Below, in pieces: positions 34,481 through 36,328 of a stretch of 36,328 bases of DNA. Position numbers and translations under genes: made by a program. The stretch covers positions 1-36,328 of the forward strand of contig SLHW01000025.1 in the NCBI GenBank assembly GCA_007135955.1. The letters run 5' to 3'. The DNA comes from Candidatus Saccharimonadota bacterium. GTDB taxonomy: Bacteria; Patescibacteriota; Saccharimonadia; Saccharimonadales; SLHW01. Within the stretch, counting starts at the first letter, position 1, and each line of letters starts with the position of its first letter. The notes under the pieces were generated by a model. It had not been told where the DNA came from, ran no database searches, and worked only from the letters and a program-made list of their open reading frames with translations.

Positions 34481-35116
34481 CTATAGTGAAATATTATCAG
34501 CTTGAGTCCAGTGACTTTTCACCTTTTTATCACTGGAATAAAATGACATGTATGTTCGCCAAATAGAAAAGCCGTCCAGTTTTGCTTCAGTTACTTCTAC
34601 CGAGCACACAGGGCCACTAAATGATTTTGAGATAGTGATATGATCTTTAGAATCACCACCTGCTTCAGGCTTAAGCAACCCTTGACATGTTCCACTGTAG
34701 TTTTGAGGAAGTGTCGCTGTCAAAATATAGTTAGCTCCATTTTTCTTGATGGTAACATTACTAATCTTGACTATTTCCGGACCAACGTATTGCTTGTCTT
34801 TGGGCTTTTCATTTGGGTCGACTAATTTCTGCTGTGGCTTTTGAGCAGGAGGCTTTTCGACTGGCTTTTCTTGTTCTTCTTTCTTTTCCTCTTCACCTTG
34901 CTTGCGCTCTTCTGGTAATACTGCGATTATTTCTTCGATATCTACTTCTGTTATCTCGCGTAGTTCAGATTCGTCAGCTGATGCAATCTCAATATTCGAT
35001 CGATTAGTCTGCACCCGATAGGCAACACCGGCGGTAAACGCCACAACGCCGACCAATATAATTACTGCAATAACTGGGAGGTGAATTATTCCGTTTTGAT
35101 CAGATTGTAATTTCAT
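34481..35116 (-). CDS. Hypothetical surface protein with type IV prepilin-like (class III) N-terminus
   Basis: QNG|IIHLPVIAVIILVGVV..YRV, a Lys/Glu/Pro linker and a C-terminal beta domain with two Cys. No Glu at +5. Confidence 0.65.
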   Translation of the reverse strand: MKLQSDQNGIIHLPVIAVIILVGVVAFTAGVAYRVQTNRSNIEIASADESELREITEVDIEEIIAVLPEERKQGEEEKKEEQEKPVEKPPAQKPQQKLVDPNEKPKDKQYVGPEIVKISNVTIKKNGANYILTATLPQNYSGTCQGLLKPEAGGDSKDHITISKSFSGPVCSVEVTEAKLDGFSIWRTYMSFYSSDKKVKSHWTQADNISL

Positions 35117-35172
35117 AATGCTTTGTTTAATGTAATGTTAATGTTTTACATCGTACCACATTTTTAATTATT

Positions 35173-35895
35173 TTAGCCTTTGTAGTCTTTAATTAGCTGC
35201 ACAATCGCTTGATGGTCGTCTGTTATGGTGTATAAACTAAGATCTTCTGAGCTAATAGTCTGGTATGTTTTAGCTAATTCATTTTTTATGTAGTGATCGA
35301 GTGGCCTCCAGAAATCAGAGCCAACTAGGATAATTGGTATCGGCTTAATTCGCTTTGTCTGCTTTAGGGTCAAAATTTCGAAAAATTCATCGAGCGTCCC
35401 ATATCCACCAGGAAAATAAATATATGCCCGAGCAGCGAAAGACAAAGCTACTTTGCGACTAAAGAAATAATAGAAGTCAACCGAACGGTTGACGTATTCA
35501 TTTGTAACCTGTTCCTGCGGTAGTCGAATAGTCATACCTATTGAGGTGCCGTTTTCATCGGCAGCGCCACGATTAGCTGCTTCCATAATGCCTGGCCCAC
35601 CCCCTGTGATTATCGATGCACCAGTTTCACGAACTATCTTGTCTGCTAGATCACGAGCTTGCTTATAATATAAATCCTCTGGCTCGAGACGAGCTGAGCC
35701 AAAAAAGGTCACGGTATTGCTGTGATCCTTTAACAGCTTAAACGCCTGCTTAAACTCTTTGTTGATACGACGCATACGCTTACGAGTTGCACCATTGGAA
35801 ATATCGGCGACATGTATTTTCTCCTCTTTGCGGAGCTGATGAAAAGTAGAATTGTGTCGAAATAGTTTTTTTAGTGTTTGTTTTATTTGACTCAT
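35173..35895 (-). CDS. LOG family (TIGR00730) nucleotide phosphoribohydrolase
   Basis: VTFFGSAR, ITGGGPGIMEAANRGA, LP.EQ..N.Y, YFFSRK and FPGGYGTLDEFFE motifs. Start reassigned to ATG 35895. Confidence 0.93.
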   Translation of the reverse strand: MSQIKQTLKKLFRHNSTFHQLRKEEKIHVADISNGATRKRMRRINKEFKQAFKLLKDHSNTVTFFGSARLEPEDLYYKQARDLADKIVRETGASIITGGGPGIMEAANRGAADENGTSIGMTIRLPQEQVTNEYVNRSVDFYYFFSRKVALSFAARAYIYFPGGYGTLDEFFEILTLKQTKRIKPIPIILVGSDFWRPLDHYIKNELAKTYQTISSEDLSLYTITDDHQAIVQLIKDYKG

Positions 35896-35984
35896 TATCA
35901 ACTTTAGCCTACCGCAGCAGCAGCAAAAATGCAACGCTAGCTAGTAGTAGCCGATTAGCGATAATTCCGATATAGTAAACGGGT

Positions 35985-36328
35985 ATGTCGCAACCCAATA
36001 ATGAAACAAACAATGATGCACCAACGAAGCCGTGGCCTAAACTCAAGTCATTCTTAAAAACCAAGCCATTGCTTAGTCTTCTGGCGGTTTTAGAGTGGCC
36101 ACGAACAACTGTTCGGAAGCTCTACGCTTGGGTTGTTGGGTGGTCGGAGAGCAAGCACGCTGAGCGTGCTCTTGGCAGTATTGCTGTAGCAGAAAGCTCT
36201 TTTTTCCCTATTCCGCCAGACCCGTTACTAATCGCCATGACGACTGTCCAGCCAAAAAAATACCTGCGTTTTGCTACCATCTGTACAGCTGGTAGCGTCA
36301 TTGGTGGACTCATCGGTTATGCTATTGG
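35985..36328 (+). CDS. YqaA/DedA family membrane protein, truncated by the window end
   Basis: Hand-translated: ...RKLYAWVVGWSE..AESSFFPIPPDPLLIAM..GSVIGGLIGYAIG. Absent from the ORF track because there is no stop in the window. Confidence 0.9.
   Translation, partial: MSQPNNETNNDAPTKPWPKLKSFLKTKPLLSLLAVLEWPRTTVRKLYAWVVGWSESKHAERALGSIAVAESSFFPIPPDPLLIAMTTVQPKKYLRFATICTAGSVIGGLIGYAI

Noticed and set aside
35896..35934. Cys-rich N-terminal extension (MHFCCCCG) on the LOG protein
   Set aside because: It derives from a short (GCA)n run upstream of the likely ATG at 35895 and is an ORF over-extension.
2064..36313. Numerous antisense or nested ORFs in the track (e.g. 2064-2285, 2595-2891, 4066-4497, 8657-9097, 17076-17495, 31781-32206, 33320-33790, 36122-36313)
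   Set aside because: They overlap well-supported genes and lack recognisable motifs, so they are treated as shadow ORFs.
1..36328. Alternative genetic code (UGA=Gly as in Gracilibacteria/Absconditabacteria)
   Set aside because: Genes are full length in code 11, and TGA terminates several of them (e.g. 3939, 16843, 17808) in ATGA overlaps.

Overview
A 36.3 kb, gene-dense bacterial chromosomal segment in genetic code 11. Its gene content (small lineage-type hypotheticals, a class III signal-peptide protein, DUF916-like surface genes, many apparently leaderless genes) suggests Patescibacteria/Saccharibacteria, which is an inference. From left to right it contains: (1) three type II toxin-antitoxin pairs (MazEF, BrnTA, Phd/YefM-RelE), each with its own promoter and separated by four same-orientation degenerate copies of a tRNA-Gln-like 3' end; (2) a redox/ion-homeostasis region (Rnk, Fur, rhodanese, glutaredoxin, TrxB, antiporters, Crp regulator with matching boxes, thioredoxin-like/CcdA-like proteins, DoxX, Pcm, CDF, DedA, K+ channel, VKOR); (3) a TasA-like gene followed by a SipW peptidase fused to what looks like its own substrate; (4) an unannotated leader peptide and attenuator ahead of an orphan gene; (5) purA and TrmH; (6) a five-gene WxL/Csc-like surface operon whose 1269-aa product carries two triplets of phage tail-collar-like, HxH-containing repeats. 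The best novel-system candidates are the tRNA-end-punctuated TA array, the tail-fibre-repeat surface operon, the SipW-substrate fusion and the attenuator. All family calls come from motif recognition by eye; no searches were run.
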